Position numbers and translations under genes: made by a program. Below, one piece after another: positions 14,401 through 27,426 of a stretch of DNA of 64,000 nucleotides; positions within the stretch are counted from its first letter, which is position 1; every line of letters begins with the position of its first letter. The stretch is from Marsupella aquatica (lineage: Eukaryota > Plantae > Marchantiophyta), in the NCBI GenBank assembly GCA_973895155.1, contig OZ316898.1, positions 15,096,330 to 15,160,329 on the forward strand, given 5' to 3'. The notes below the pieces were generated by a model. It saw only the letters and a program-made list of their open reading frames with translations. It was not told where the DNA came from and ran no database searches.

Positions 14401-15341
14401 CAGCGGCATCTTTTTGATTAGGCTTAACGACAGAATAGTTGTTATTAGGCGCCGATTAGTGGCATAGTAGAAAGAATTAGGATAGGACCAGTTAGGATCA
14501 GCCGATGTAGGATAGAGTCCATCAACAAACTAGATTTTGGTCAATAGACTTAGCTGCTGCCACCCCAGTCAGCGCCCTTCCCCCCGACGGTCAACCGATC
14601 AGAGGAGTGCGGCCGGTTAGTCAGAAGGTAGTTAGTCAGTAGGCATTACCACGGAAGGTAGTATCTTCCGGTTCCTTTCTACAACTGTAGTATTTAGGCC
14701 TCCCTTTCCGCTGTGGAAAGGGGAGAGAAGGCTTAGTTATCTCAGCGCAAGAAATGACGAGGCACGGGGAGTCTCGGCCTAAGCAGGGTCAGAGTGCACT
14801 AAGGAGTGAGAACCAGAGTCGAGCTTGCTGGGCAAGCGTGGGGCGGGGCTTCGTGGAGATTGGGCATCGACTGACGTTGGGCATGCTGACCCCCTTAGAA
14901 GTCGAGTCAACTATGTAAACTGATTCTTCATTGAGTAAATGTAGTCTTTTCCCCCTAATGTTTTTGCGAGTAACTGGTGTTGTGTGTATGCTTTGTCTGG
15001 GCAAAGGCGCCATTTCAAGGGACGTACTGGGTGCGAACTAATGGTAGGGATTGCCACCCATTGCATGTCACAAGGTTCTGTCGCGTCGATGGCTTGAAAG
15101 CACCAAGTCGGGAGTTAGTCCGAGTCAGTAACTGTGGGAATATTCCAGCGGTGGAAAACAAATATACCTATGACCAGTACGAGTTGCGTAAGTATTATAC
15201 CGGTAAGTATATTGACTTAGCCCGACTTAGGGCTAATCGAGGCCACTACACACCTCCTTGCCCGAACCCTCACCCCTACTGGTGGTCGTGGTCGCCCCAT
15301 GGAACTAAACTGGATTTAAGGCCCGGGTTAGGGGCGTGACA
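11482..15341 (+). mobile_element. 3860-bp TG..CA insertion with 5-bp TSD (putative large Gypsy-type solo LTR carrying an ORF)
   Basis: Starts TGTGACA and ends GGGGCGTGACA. TSD GTTAA at 11477-11481 and 15342-15346. Removal restores the gag reading (ALNVN-RGR). Confidence 0.88.
12063..14351 (+). pseudogene. ~760-codon ORF (two in-frame TAG stops): plant-transposon accessory domain, Pro-rich linker and coiled coil
   Basis: ORFs 12063-12974, 12999-14069 and 14070-14351 are all in one frame. Motif EFISNFD..TKVVG..LT..LA.IFYLP.G..NGY..C.N..NW resembles the 'putative plant transposon protein' (Transposase_32-like) domain. Confidence 0.75.
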
Positions 15342-16282
15342 GTTAACCGTGGCAGACCAGCGCAACGCACGAATGGGCAGAACAAGTTTAGATCTACATC
15401 ACGGGGGAGATCTAAATCCAGAGGAAAATTGCAAGAGAGGAAGCCTCTTGCATGTTGGAGATGTGGCAAGCCTGACCAAATGAAAAGGAATTGTCGAGTA
15501 AAGGACCCTACTGCATCAGCTAACGTGGCATCAAGCGCACATGAGGTAGATTTACTCGATGATGATGACATTTTATGATGCCAAGGTTTTACTCTCAACG
15601 TAGTGTCAAATCTAGGTAGTGATGACTCAATTCTAGATAGTGCATGTACTTTTCACATTTGCTTTAGGAGAGATTTTTTCAGTTCTTACATGGTTTCCAA
15701 TGGTTCAGTGTTGATGGGAAATGGAATCCCATGTCAAGTGGTTGGACTTGGATCTGTTAGATTTCAGATGTTTGATGGTGTTGTGAGAACGTTGAGGAAT
15801 GTGAGACATATTCCCAGCATGATGAAAAATCTCATTTCTTGGAGTTTTAGAAGCAAATGGCCATCGGTGAAGTTTTGCTAATGGTGTCCTTCAGGTTTCA
15901 ACTGGTAAAAAAGTTGTATTGAAGGGAAAGAGACATAAAAATCTATACGTTTTGGAGGGCAATGTAGTTTGTGATGAAGCCAATGTAACCTTATCTCATG
16001 AGGAGACGGCCCGACTATGGCACTTCCGACTGGGTCACATGAGTGAAAAAGGTTTGGCTGTTCTTCAGAAAAAGGGATTACTTTCTAATTTGCAATCTAG
16101 TAAGTTAGAATTCTGTGAGCATTGTGTGGTTGGGAAGCAGCACATGAAACCCTTTGGAGTTGGAACTCACACCAGCAAGGAGGTACTTGAGTATGTACAT
16201 AGTGATGTGTGGGGACCAGCCCCTACTCCCTCACACTCTGGACTGTTATTATGTCACGTTCATAGACGGTTACTCAAGGTAT

Positions 16283-19200
16283 TGTAGCAAGGTGATAAAG
16301 AGATAAATGACTATTTACTCCTTAACAACTCGATTTCGTTCCGGTTAGGGGTGGATAAGATCGAAAAGACCTAATTAACACGATTTGAGAAGTTTACACC
16401 AACATTCTTAGGTTGGAGAGATTTCTAATGATCTTCTTAACATAAGTGTTTAACCACAAACTCAAGTGGGTAATCCTTAGGATTCACAGTGCAATAATAA
16501 AGACTAGAATTAACAAAGATTGAAACTAGAGAGAGAGTAGATAGGAGTTTTCAAAGTGCAAGGGGATTGAATTTCTGACCATCACCACTCCTTCAATAAG
16601 GATTATGGCCTAATTTAAGATTCGGAAATCAATATTATACTTGCTTTTTGATTTCTCGTAGCAACTCTCCTCCATCTATTGAATTTAGAAGATATGAACG
16701 TAAATCAACCCGTGACACTTTTCTGGTCCTGTTGAGGACGGTACTAGGATACTCAAATTGGCTTACTTCTCCTACAATCCTTAAGATTGCTTGGTTGAGT
16801 TTTGTGCAAATGTCAATTTCCTCTTTGGTGAATCTTCCAAATGTATTGGTCACAAATCTCATTGATCTTCCAATATCATTATAGGCACACTCTAGTATTC
16901 ATTGAACATTTCACAACAACTCAAGGGTTGCTAAACTTCTTCCTTTTACTCAACCATGGTAAAAAGAAGGGAAGAAAAGACATAGGTTTCTCCAAAATCA
17001 AAATGGGGAAATCAATGCATCTCTCTCCTTTGGGTTGACTTTGGGTTCTCCTCCTTTTGTACTAAAAGTGGAGATTATGAAAAAACATGCCTTTTCAAAA
17101 CCCAAGTCTAAAGAAGTATGTAAATAAAAGTAAACTATCCTAGTCAAAAATAGAGTAGAGACTACAATGGATATATCAACAAAATGCTGGAGTCTACTTA
17201 CTCATATACTAGTCTACATAGCCATTTCTAGGTCTAAACTAATGTGGCTCTAACTCTCTAAATATAGTTCTATTCAGGTCCTATCTTCTGGGAAGGATCC
17301 TCCTCAGGGTTGGCCATAGCAAGGGGTTCTGGCCGAAGGTAAACTCCCTGCTGGCCAGTGGTAAAAGGGATGGACGGGTCAATATCCATGTTCTCCTGAT
17401 GGGCACTTGGGTCATGAGAATAGGTGTAAGAATGGGAGTGGAAGTGTGTACTGGGAGTGGGAAAACCAGGAGGGTTGAGGGGTGATGAGGGGCCAGTGGA
17501 ATAGACTCCTTTATGAGGACTAGGAGAGAAAGATCTGGTAGTAAAGGGAGGAATCTCAATATCAGCTAATAGCTCCTCAGTAGTCAAGTCACTCATCTCC
17601 CTTAAGGCTTCACAGGTCTTTGAGAGGCCTGTAAGTGCATCATCCACCTTGGTACTCACATCTACCACTAAATGGTTAATCTTGGAGAAAAGGATGGGTG
17701 TGGTGTTCTTGGCCAAATACTCATCATAAATCTGGGCCTTAAGAAGATCCAGAGAAGCTATCTTAGTCAAAGGCTCAATCAGATCCAAAGATTGAGTGAT
17801 ACTGAGTTGGAGAGTATGCTCAAGCTCATTCTTCTTCTTACTCTTTTCCAACTGCTGTTTGAGTTCAGATACCTTCTTCTTGAGAAACTCATTCTCCTTC
17901 TCCAACTTCCTCTTATCTGTGGCATCACTCATGGTGGAGATCTTCTCAAGAATCTGCCCTGGTTTCACTCCTAACTTCTGAGAAATGTCAGTGATGGCCT
18001 TCTCCATCACAGTGGTCTTCCTCTTCACCTTCTGGAACGTGTCTGAGATGATCTGGAAATCAGCTAGGGTGTCTTGGGAGGCATGGCCGGGTGCATCCGG
18101 ACATTCAGCCGGGTCGACGAAGGCCGGGTTGGAAAAGTCCGGGTCGAGGTTCCGGGCAGCAGACCGGGTCTTTCGAGGATTTGTCTCTGCTGGCTCCTCA
18201 TCCTCACTGTCATCAGAGGTGGCCTGGGCGATATCTGGATCTGTCTCTCCATACTTGATGAAGTTGTACTTGGCCAATAGTAATTTCTTCTCCTCTCTGA
18301 ACAAAACTCCTTCAAAGCTATATAGATGTACCAGGTAGCAGGAGAGGGGAGTAGGATTCTTGTTGGATAGGTTCTGTACCAACTTCCTTATCAAATCAAA
18401 GATAAGCTTAGCCCAGTTGACTTTTCTTTCTCCCTTGTAAGCAGCAACAATGGTAGAGCCAACTCCAACAGTAACTCTTCTTGGCTTCTCAAGGTACAGC
18501 AGGGGTAGCAGAAAGCTGAAGACTCGTCTCAGATCAGGATCCAAACACTTAGAAACATTGAACCCGTCCTTACTGTTGATGGCTCCTTTGAAGTAAGGAA
18601 GGATTAGATTGACAACTCTTCCCACTGGACCTTCTCCTTCATCTTCCAATACAAAAGCTCCTGCAATCATCATCTGAGTCCATCGCTCAGGTCGGCCTCT
18701 GGAGGTATCCTTAAACTCAGCCGAACACTCCTTGGATCGGATCTATCTGATCATATCTTCGCTCTGATAACTCCAGGGTAGCTCCATCAGAGACTCACAG
18801 CCCATCCTGAGCAAAGACTCCCTCAATTTGACTTTCTCAGCTTCACTGTCCGGAATAGCTGGCCTCAGAATTTTCATGGCAATAGGGACCTCCTTTCTCT
18901 TCGATCGTCTCACAGGGGCTTTAACCGGAGTAGGTGCAGGTGATGTTGAGGTTGAATGCCCCTTAGAGACGCGAGAAGTGGACATTCCGGCTGGATCCGT
19001 CCCTTGCTCCATAGGACTTATCGAAGTAGAAAATGGATTCCCAATAAATGGCCTACCTCCTCGTCGGCGAGCTCTACAATGCTGCGACTTCAGAATGGTC
19101 AATCGCTTCGGTGTCGACCAATGGTAGAAATATCCGGGTCGACCTGGCTACAGCGTTTCTGATCAACTGACAAGCGCTTCTGGAAACGTTGATCAAGATC

Positions 19201-19881
19201 CCGTCAATCAGAATTCAGGTGCATCGAACGTGGGGCAAAGATAGACTCAAACGGGCCTGCAATGTGGATGTCCGGATCGACCTGGCCTTCCTTCTCATCA
19301 CCGATTTATGCACGATCAGAATCTCAAACTTCCTGCCTTCACTCCCAGTGGCAGAGTAGGCATTCCCCTCACAACGAATCAGTCAGTACCCTCATATCCA
19401 GGCTCTCATCAAGAAATTCAAGATTGGTCCTATAATCCGGACCCAAGATCCTCTACCAAAAGGGTAGAGCCTCCTCACTCTACTGCTTTAACAGCCTAAT
19501 GCGCTCGGGAACTCAAAACCTACTAAGTTTGGCTTTGAGAGGTGTGAGAGGCCGGATCGACTCTCCTTCCTTATATCCGGATTCTGCTGTGGTCGTGCCT
19601 GTGTTTGACTTATGGTTTTAAAAACTTTGGCAATGGACAGCTGTTGTTGAGTAGAGTCTCGGTATAAGCTTTATATCTCATTCCAGGCTTATAACAAAAA
19701 GTTCCGGGTCGATCCTCCTTCTCTAATATCAATCCGGGTTGACCTCAGATGGGCTTGAAAGTCTCATAACACTTCAAAGTAGTCTTCAGGTCCCTCTTTA
19801 GCCTCATTTGAGATCTTAAACTTAAAAATTCAAAAATTTATGGCTAGTTAACCCTTCCTTCATAAACATCCTTATCTCACA
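16283..19881 (-). mobile_element. 3599-bp TG..CA insertion with 5-bp TSD (putative large solo LTR carrying an ORF)
   Basis: TSD GGTAT at 16278-16282 and 19882-19886. On the minus strand it reads TGTGAGATAAGG...CCTTGCTACA. It interrupts the copia integrase (DGYSR-YVWIYF). Confidence 0.88.
17270..19102 (-). pseudogene. ~610-codon ORF (one in-frame stop at 18743-18745): transposon accessory domain and coiled coil
   Basis: ORFs 18743-19102 and 17270-18673 are in frame. Motifs LPW..RGRPERWT..KDGF..C.DP..FLLPLLY.EKP.RVT..VNWA..YLVHLY are followed by heptad-rich sequence. Confidence 0.75.
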
Positions 19882-22592
19882 GGTATGTGTGGATCTACTT
19901 TCTCCACAACAAGTCTAATGTTTTTGCCACTTTTAAGGAGTGAAAAGCCCAAGTTGAGAATTAGATTGGTAACAAGGTGAGATATCTTTGATCGGATAAC
20001 GGCGATGAATACGGTTCTGAAGAATTTGGAACGTATTGTAAGGAGCAGAGGATTACACGTCACCTCACAACAAGTTATACTCAACAACAAAATGGTGTTT
20101 CTAAGAGGCTCAACCAAACACTATTGAAACGCTCAAAGAGTATGTTGAGTCAATCATGCTTACCACATGAATTTTGGACTAAAGCTGTCAACACTACAGC
20201 TTATTTTGTAAGTTTCTCTCCATCAAGTTCTATTGAATTCAAGACGCCATTTGAAACGAGGTACAAGCGTCCAACAAATTACTCACATCTGAGGATTTTT
20301 GGATGTGATGCTTATGTACTTACACCTTCTCAGCTTTGATCCAAGTTGGAGTCCAAGTCAAAGAAGTGCATTTTACTTGGCTATCAGAAAGGTGTGAAAG
20401 GTTATAGGTTATGGGCTCCAGTAACCTGTAAACTAATTGTCAGTAGAGATGTGTCCTTTAATGAATCCAGATCATCAAAGAAGGGGGAGAGTTCTCAGGA
20501 CTCCCATACTGACAAGGGGAAATCTCCCATCCCGGACTCGGTTGAGGGGGAGATTAGTCATGATGATGTTCATGACAAGAGAGATGGAGAAGCTCTGGGC
20601 ATGGAGCTAGTTCTTGTGATGGAACAAGAGGAGCAGATTATTGCTGGGGTACCTCAAATTCACCTAGCAGCAGCATCAGATCAGCTTGAATCATCTGCTA
20701 GAAGAACTTTTAGTCGTTTTACTAGAGCTCCTACCAGGTATGGTCAATTTAGGCAGACTCATCTAAGCTAGATGATATTGACATTGCACTTGATGATGAT
20801 ATGGCTTTGATCTTGGAGGAAGGAGAGCCTTCTTTGTACAGTGAGCCTTGTGCTTCAGAGTAGGAGCATGAGTGGAATGCAACAATGCAAAGGGAGTTAC
20901 AATCTTTGAGTGACAACAAGACATGGGAGCTGGTGGAGCTTCCAAGAGGTCAGCAAGTGGTGGACAGCAAGTGGATTTACAAGTTGAAGGACAGTCCTTC
21001 AAAGGGTGAAGACAAGATTTTCAAGGCAAGGCTTGTTGCCAAGGGATTCACTCAGGAGAAAGGAGTGGATTACAATGAGGTCTTTTCACCGGTGGCTAAG
21101 TATTTCACAATTCGGATCTTGTGTTAGTTTGTTGTGTTTTTTGGTCTGGTGATGGATTAGATGGATGTTATTACCTACTTTTCTCTATGGCAACTTGAAA
21201 GAGATGATCTTCATGAGACAGCCAGTAGGCTTTATGAAGAAGGGCCAAGAGAACTTAGTTTGCAGATTGCTCAATTCCTTGTATGGATTGAAGCAAGCTC
21301 CCAGACAGTGGAACAAGCGGTTTGATGATTTCATGCTTGCTCAAGGTTTTATAATGATGGTGTATGATCCTTGTGTGTATACAAAATCAGTCAAGAATGA
21401 TGCATTTGGTTTCATCATTCTGGTTATCTATGTGGATGACATGCTGATTGTGGCTAAAGATCAATCTGAGGTTGACAGACTCAAGGCGAAATTGAGTTCT
21501 TTATTCAAGATGAAGGACTTTGGTAAGGCCAAGAGGATCTTAGGGATGGAGATTTTTAGGAACTCTGATACTGGACAGTTGTGCTTGAATCAAGGCAAGT
21601 ATGCGAGGAAGGTACTTGCATGATTCAACATGGAGGATTATAAGCCAGTGAGTATCCTTTGGCTTCATATTTCAAGTTATCATCGGCTTTCTCTCATACG
21701 GATGTTATGGAGAAAGGTCTGATGGCTAAGATTCCTTATGAGAAGGCAGTAGGCAGTCTGATGTATTTGATGACTTGTACTAGGCCTGACTTGGCCCTAG
21801 CAATGGGCAAGGTTAAACCCTAAATTAGCAGATTCATGTCAAATCCAGGGAAGCTCTGAAATGGATTCTCAGGTATCTGAAGGGAACACAGGACTATGGA
21901 TTACTATTTGATGCCAAATCAGATAGAACGTTAGTTGGCTATGTAGATTTTGACTATGGAGGCTGTCTGGACACAAGGAGATCAACAACTGGGTATGTAT
22001 TTACTCTTGGAGGAGGATGTATCAGTTGGAAATCTACCTTGTAGAAGTGTATATCTCAGTCTACTACAAAAGCAGAGTATGTTGCAGCAGCAAAAGCAGC
22101 AAGGAAGCAATTTGGTCGGACAAGTTGATCACGGAGATGGGTTTAGAGCATGGCAAAATGTCTCTAAACTGTGATAGTTAGAGTGCTCTTCACTTGGCTG
22201 CTAACCAGGTGATGGATAGCAGGGTGAAGCACATTGATATCAGGTACCATTTTATCAGGCAAGCAGTGTCTGATAAAACTTTTGAGCTAGTCAAGATTGA
22301 TGGAAAGCTCAATCCCGCTGATGCCTTTACCAAAGTGATTCCTTTGGAAAGTTTCTCAAGACACCGTGCTACTTTGCAGGATTTGCAAACTTTGTAGCAC
22401 AAGTAGAGTTATTTAGCAATGTGTGACTATTTGTATATGGATTACTCATTCCAGTTTGGCTACGGCTTAGTTCTAGTTAACCCTTAGTTAACCCTTGTGG
22501 TTTTTAGGGGGAGACCTGTTTAGGTGATTGTCTAGAACCTCCCGCTGAGGATTCCATATGGTAGCAATTAGTCCACTCCCCAAGACAAGAGT

Positions 22593-22604
22593 CAAAGGGG
22601 AGTT
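22593..22604 (+). promoter_or_regulatory. Polypurine tract
   Basis: CAAAGGGGAGTT lies immediately before the 3' LTR. Confidence 0.8.
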
Positions 22605-22949
22605 TGTTAGGTATTGCTCTTAGTCTTGTGACTCATGAGCTAACCACAGTTAGGCTAACTCGGGTTAGGACTTAGCTAAGGTTAGCGGAAGTGCCGTTGT
22701 GTATATTGCCAGGGCTGGTGCCAGACCCTAGGGGAACTTAGGCTCATTGTTACGGAGCTAGTTGAGAGATAGGGAGAGCTTGTGCTGTGGATACTTGGTA
22801 TGGCCGATTAGCCTAGAGTGCAGTAAAGCTCTTGTGTGTTCCCGTGAATGTAGCCTCATGTGGAGGTGAACCACGTATCTATCTGTGTTGACTCTTGTGC
22901 ATTGGATGGTTCATGGGCTTGCCGTTGCAATTGTCGTCTAGGAGCAACA
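22605..22949 (+). repeat. 3' LTR of copia element
   Basis: TGTTAGG...GCAACA followed by TSD ATTCC. Confidence 0.96.
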
Positions 22950-23647
22950 ATTCCAACACCCTTGCCTAAGTGCCCTTGGTGTCCGAACAACTACATGGAA
23001 CTCATTGAGCAAGCAACTAGGTACCTCGGGCATCACCACCCAGACAGGAAACAGGAAAATAGGAACTGTTACCAGTAAATATATGAAGTTTTTGGCCCAT
23101 TTTTTATGGAAAGGTAAGACTTGATCGGGTTCCTTGCAACAACAAAATTCATATGCTGTCTCTGTAAATGAATTACTTGTCCACCATATATGCGTAAACC
23201 ATAGAGTGGGTCCCACCATACATAGGCTACTGAGGCGAGGCACACTCAAAAAATACCAATCTTAAAAATATCATCGGAATCGGTAAGGTACTATGTAATA
23301 GCGCTAGGCGCTAACAAAAAAACCAAGGGGTTTGAGATGAGACCAAATGGATTGAACGGTGTTCATAAATAAATAATTAAGTACACTTCAATGAAGTGTG
23401 ACCTGGAAGGTGTAGATTTATATCCCACGAGAAGAACTCAAATATAGGAAAGTTCACAAATGGAGATTTCCTTTGCAAAGATAAGTACTAGAAAGCATTC
23501 GGACCATAATCAAACAAGATTCACTCAGAAAGGGACAAACTGAAGCTAGCGCCCGGCGCTAGCCATATGTTATAACAAAATGTGTACTGAAAATGACTAT
23601 CTGATTTGGTATCATTGAAAAGATGTGAAAAGTTCCAATGCGACAAA

Positions 23648-26600
23648 TCAGTTTGGAGCCGTTGAATCCACCACATCTAGTTTTAGGACGTTGGTATACA
23701 CCCAATAGAGATGCTTGCACGGCATGAAGGGCCTGCCATGAGAATGGCGACGATAGAAGTCCTCACAAGAACAACATGGGAAAATGCAAATCTGTACCCA
23801 ATAAGTGTTTGCCGTGCAAAGTCTCTCTTGGGTTTGGATCTGAAATTGTTTGCCCCAAGAGTTCCCAACAGAAACATCAAATTGTTGAATGAGGGTCATC
23901 GACTCCTTGTTTGCAGATTCAATTCTTTTGTTGTGCCCTTGCAAAAGATTTGAACGTGGGATTGTATTTTTACCATTCCTGCTCCAAAGGCGGATATTGG
24001 CTCAAGGAGATTGATTTTCTCCAGGAAAAGCTTCACATTGATTTGCAAGTCAAAAGGAGATGGAGCAGCCTGATGTCCAGCCTCTGGATTGATAGCAATT
24101 CCTTGCTGAGTTTGGAATTGGACCTCAGCCTTGGAAAGATTAGTTCCTTTCAAAACGGGCAGGCTATGAGGAAATGGGGGAAGATTCACCACATTACGAT
24201 GGGGCCGACTCTTATAGCATGCACTATTGGGACAAAACCAAATCATCTCAGGGTGTGGTTCTCCCCTGAACAAGCGATATCCTTTGACAACAATGCCAAC
24301 TACACCATCCATTGACGGGTAACCAACCTTTTTAAGACGATTGCGACAGTCATCTCGATCCGATTTTCCACCAAGAGATCCATTACACTGAGGCCCTACA
24401 CCATGTCTCGTCACTCTTCGTAGGTGCCACGCCCCTGGTTGCACATCTGTCTCCAACACAGTTGAGTCATGGACAACCTTTTGGAGGTTGGGAGGTGCAC
24501 TTTGCGGGGCTACAGACGACCTTGTTGACCTCCTCCGGGGTGGAGTACTCCAATGACTGCCTTCTTCAATTTCACTTCTGACAGGTCCACAACCCCAATG
24601 TCATGGTGAACAGGACCCAATGCAACGGGGGAGAATTCAGTCTTGTTTAAGTTTTTCCTTTTCATGCCTTGAGTATTTGGTGATGATACAAGAATAGTGT
24701 CATGCCGATGGGAGTCTTGTGTCGAGATGTTCCCAGAGGCTTGACCTTTCCTCTTCATAGACTTTGTGGTAACATCCCCATTGAGAGGGCCACTCCTTTC
24801 CAGGTTGAATTCAACAGCACCGGAAAGAAGCATATTGGAAGCATCTTGGAAAAGTTTTGAAGAACCTGCTTGGTCTGCCGAACGGAATGCCAATTCCCAA
24901 ATTGTAGGTCCGGTTCCTCGGTTAAGACCTCTCTTATACGCCGTATACGCACCAACTTGTGAAAGAGCCCTATTTTGATCCATCTCACATGCTTCAAATA
25001 GACTAGCCTTTTTCTTAGTTTGCCAAGCCTTCATTATGGAATGTGCCGCCTCTGAAGTAGTACAGTCAGGAATCATAGCGCTTTCATCTACGCTTTTGTT
25101 CTGCATAAAACATTTGGAGCACAGTTTAGGAAATATGACTAAGTCACTGCATTCAATAAAGAAAAGTTTGAACCAAATCATTTTGTAAGGTTTCCGGGTT
25201 TAATCAATGCCAGCGCCTGGCGCTAACACCATTCACACTAGAATATGGACAAATACGAGTAACAAGTGGTTAATAAAAACTAGCGTCGGGCGCTAATATC
25301 AAAACTCGGGCAAATATTGGAGTGGAACGAGGACACGAAAGTCACTGGAAATAATGATAGCGCCAAGCGCTAGTATGACTTTGTTTGATTCCTTCTTTTA
25401 AAATGTTGGTTTCGAGTGTTTACTTGTTTATGGATGTTGAAACTCACCAAATGAATGAAATTTCCCCATTGACACCATCGGACCACCCACCACGCAAGCC
25501 AACCTTGGAGCATCCGAAGCTTTCCTAGAACACAATTCCCTGATCTCCACCACACGTCAATTTCCCTGGAAATTTTGTAGGCTCCAATAAATGTTGACGC
25601 GTTCCTTAAAGAGTCCCACATCTTCCGGTGCTCTTCTCGTTTTTCTTCCAATACTCCTTCAATTGAATCACAATGAAACGATTGATAGAAGTGAAACGCA
25701 TCCGATCGCTCCTTTTCCGGGTTAGGATGTCCACCAAAAAACACATTCCAAACAACATTCCATCCAGCTTGAGCATTGTCAGCCATGAATCCATGGATTA
25801 CTAGCTTGTCTAACCCATTTTCATGGAAAACCTCAATCATCAATTTCCAGGCTTTTTCTAATGACTCAGAATCTTCAGCTTTCAACTCACATGTGAAGAT
25901 TGTGCAAAGAGCACGGTAATTGTGATCATAAACGTGAGTGCTAAAAGTTATCCAATCCTTGGTCTTTCTCCTCATACATCAAAACTAACCCACGCACCTT
26001 CTAGTCGACCTCCAGGTTGCATTTGGCGCAACAAATCAACTCCAGATCCGTGCCCTTTTACCGTCATTTTGAAAATATGCGGCCTCTCCTCCTTATAGCC
26101 TTGACCTGGGAGCATGTAACGTTGTAGAAAGGGAAAGTTTATGCATTTTTGCATTTCCACAAGAAACTCTAACTCACCTTTACCATTTTGGTCTTGCCGA
26201 ACACTCCGAAAAAGAGATGCAAACTTTTGAGGGGTCGAAACAACCATTAATAACTCCCAAATTTCTCTTTCCTCCGATTCTCCGATGTCATTGTTGGACA
26301 CACAAAGAGCCTTCCTTAAAGATCCAGTTATGGCATTCTTCATACCCGATGGTGTGGCATACGGTGTAGCTTCATGTTGCTTCTTTATGAACTCATGAGC
26401 AATCTTTTCCGCACCTCGAGAAAAAACTTTATGACTGGGATGCGCATGAGTTCCGACATGCACAACAAGACGCGACATATGTTTACATGTATCCGCGTTG
26501 AGAAGTAATTGCGGGTACATATAAAAAAGCATTGTTGAACAAGCTTTAGTACAAAAGGGCAATTGTTGGCAGTAGTGACAAACTACCCCACCCTCCTCAA

Positions 26601-27426
26601 TAATCTTTCCCATGGTATGTGGCCCCGCAAGTTTGGGTGTCCCATCCCAAGCTTTTGAATTTCTTCTTTTCTTCCGCAATAGATAATCATATTTCTGATT
26701 TTGACATTCGAGTGCACCGGTACACGTCACTTTACCAAATTCCCAAAACTTTTTAGGTTGGACATTCGCAGAGGTTGGAAATATCCGTGTCCAGAAGTAG
26801 CAGTCTTTAGGCCGGTCCATGTCACGGAGCCTCAAACCTTTTGATAGCAGACCTTCTGCGGGAGGCAATTCAAACACAACATTTCCATTGTATTTACTTG
26901 GTAGACAATTCACCTGCTCATGCCTGAAATCACTTATTCGGATGAACCGCGACAGTTCACTATGGCCAGTTGATTTGAGAATGGCATCCATCGCGCTTCG
27001 ACAGTACACAACACCCCCCGAAACGTTTGGCTCGGAAGGAGAGTGACCTTCTATCTTGATAGAAGGCCCTGGATTGGCCGATGTCTGCAAATCTACGACG
27101 ACCTCCTCCTCATCACTCTTGGAAAGGTCAATGAATGGAACTAGATGTATTTCATTCAGAACCGAATGTTGTCGGATATTGATAATGTATCTCTTTCCAG
27201 CGTTGAGGTGCCAAAATCTGACTCCATCATCGATATCAAACAGTGCGTCATCTGTCTCCTCTCCATATGCATGGTCAGGTTTGATGGAATGGATGTCGTT
27301 GATGGCAACGTCAAATCTTCCACAAAGATAGTTCTCACTAACCTGTTTGTACGTGTCGGATGAACCTACAGGGATGCTTACAATCTCCCCAGTATCAGGA
27401 CAAAGAAGCACGACTAAATTAGACAT
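23648..27426 (-). pseudogene. MULE transposase: GCM/WRKY-like Zn DNA-binding domain, DDE core, C-terminal SWIM finger; intron 25447-25101
   Basis: CTGALECQN..CHYC..HVGTHAHP; putative DDE residues SFDV, GFMADN, TSEAAH; SWIM CSCEDF..PCKHLYWV. Frameshifts near 25975 and 23950, stop at 24510. Confidence 0.82.

Larger units (their letters stand above)
10862..22397 (+). pseudogene. Copia gag-pol, split by two insertions and many stops/frameshifts
   Basis: Gag (VEKYDGRTNY..W; LLLLSSLPSSY), Zn knuckle CWRCGKPDQMKRNC, protease ILDSACTFH, GAG-pre-integrase LWHFRLGH, integrase [25 protein letters not shown], RNase H KHIDIRYHFIR. Confidence 0.93.
6968..22949 (+). mobile_element. Full-length decayed Ty1/copia LTR retrotransposon (Tnt1-like) with nested insertions
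   Basis: Paired LTRs, TSD ATTCC (6963-6967 and 22950-22954), PBS, PPT and gag-PR-INT-RT-RH domain order. Confidence 0.96.

Noticed and set aside
23100-23290. Left TIR of the ParB-MTase MULE
   Set aside because: No reverse-complement match to the 32700-32870 end could be found.
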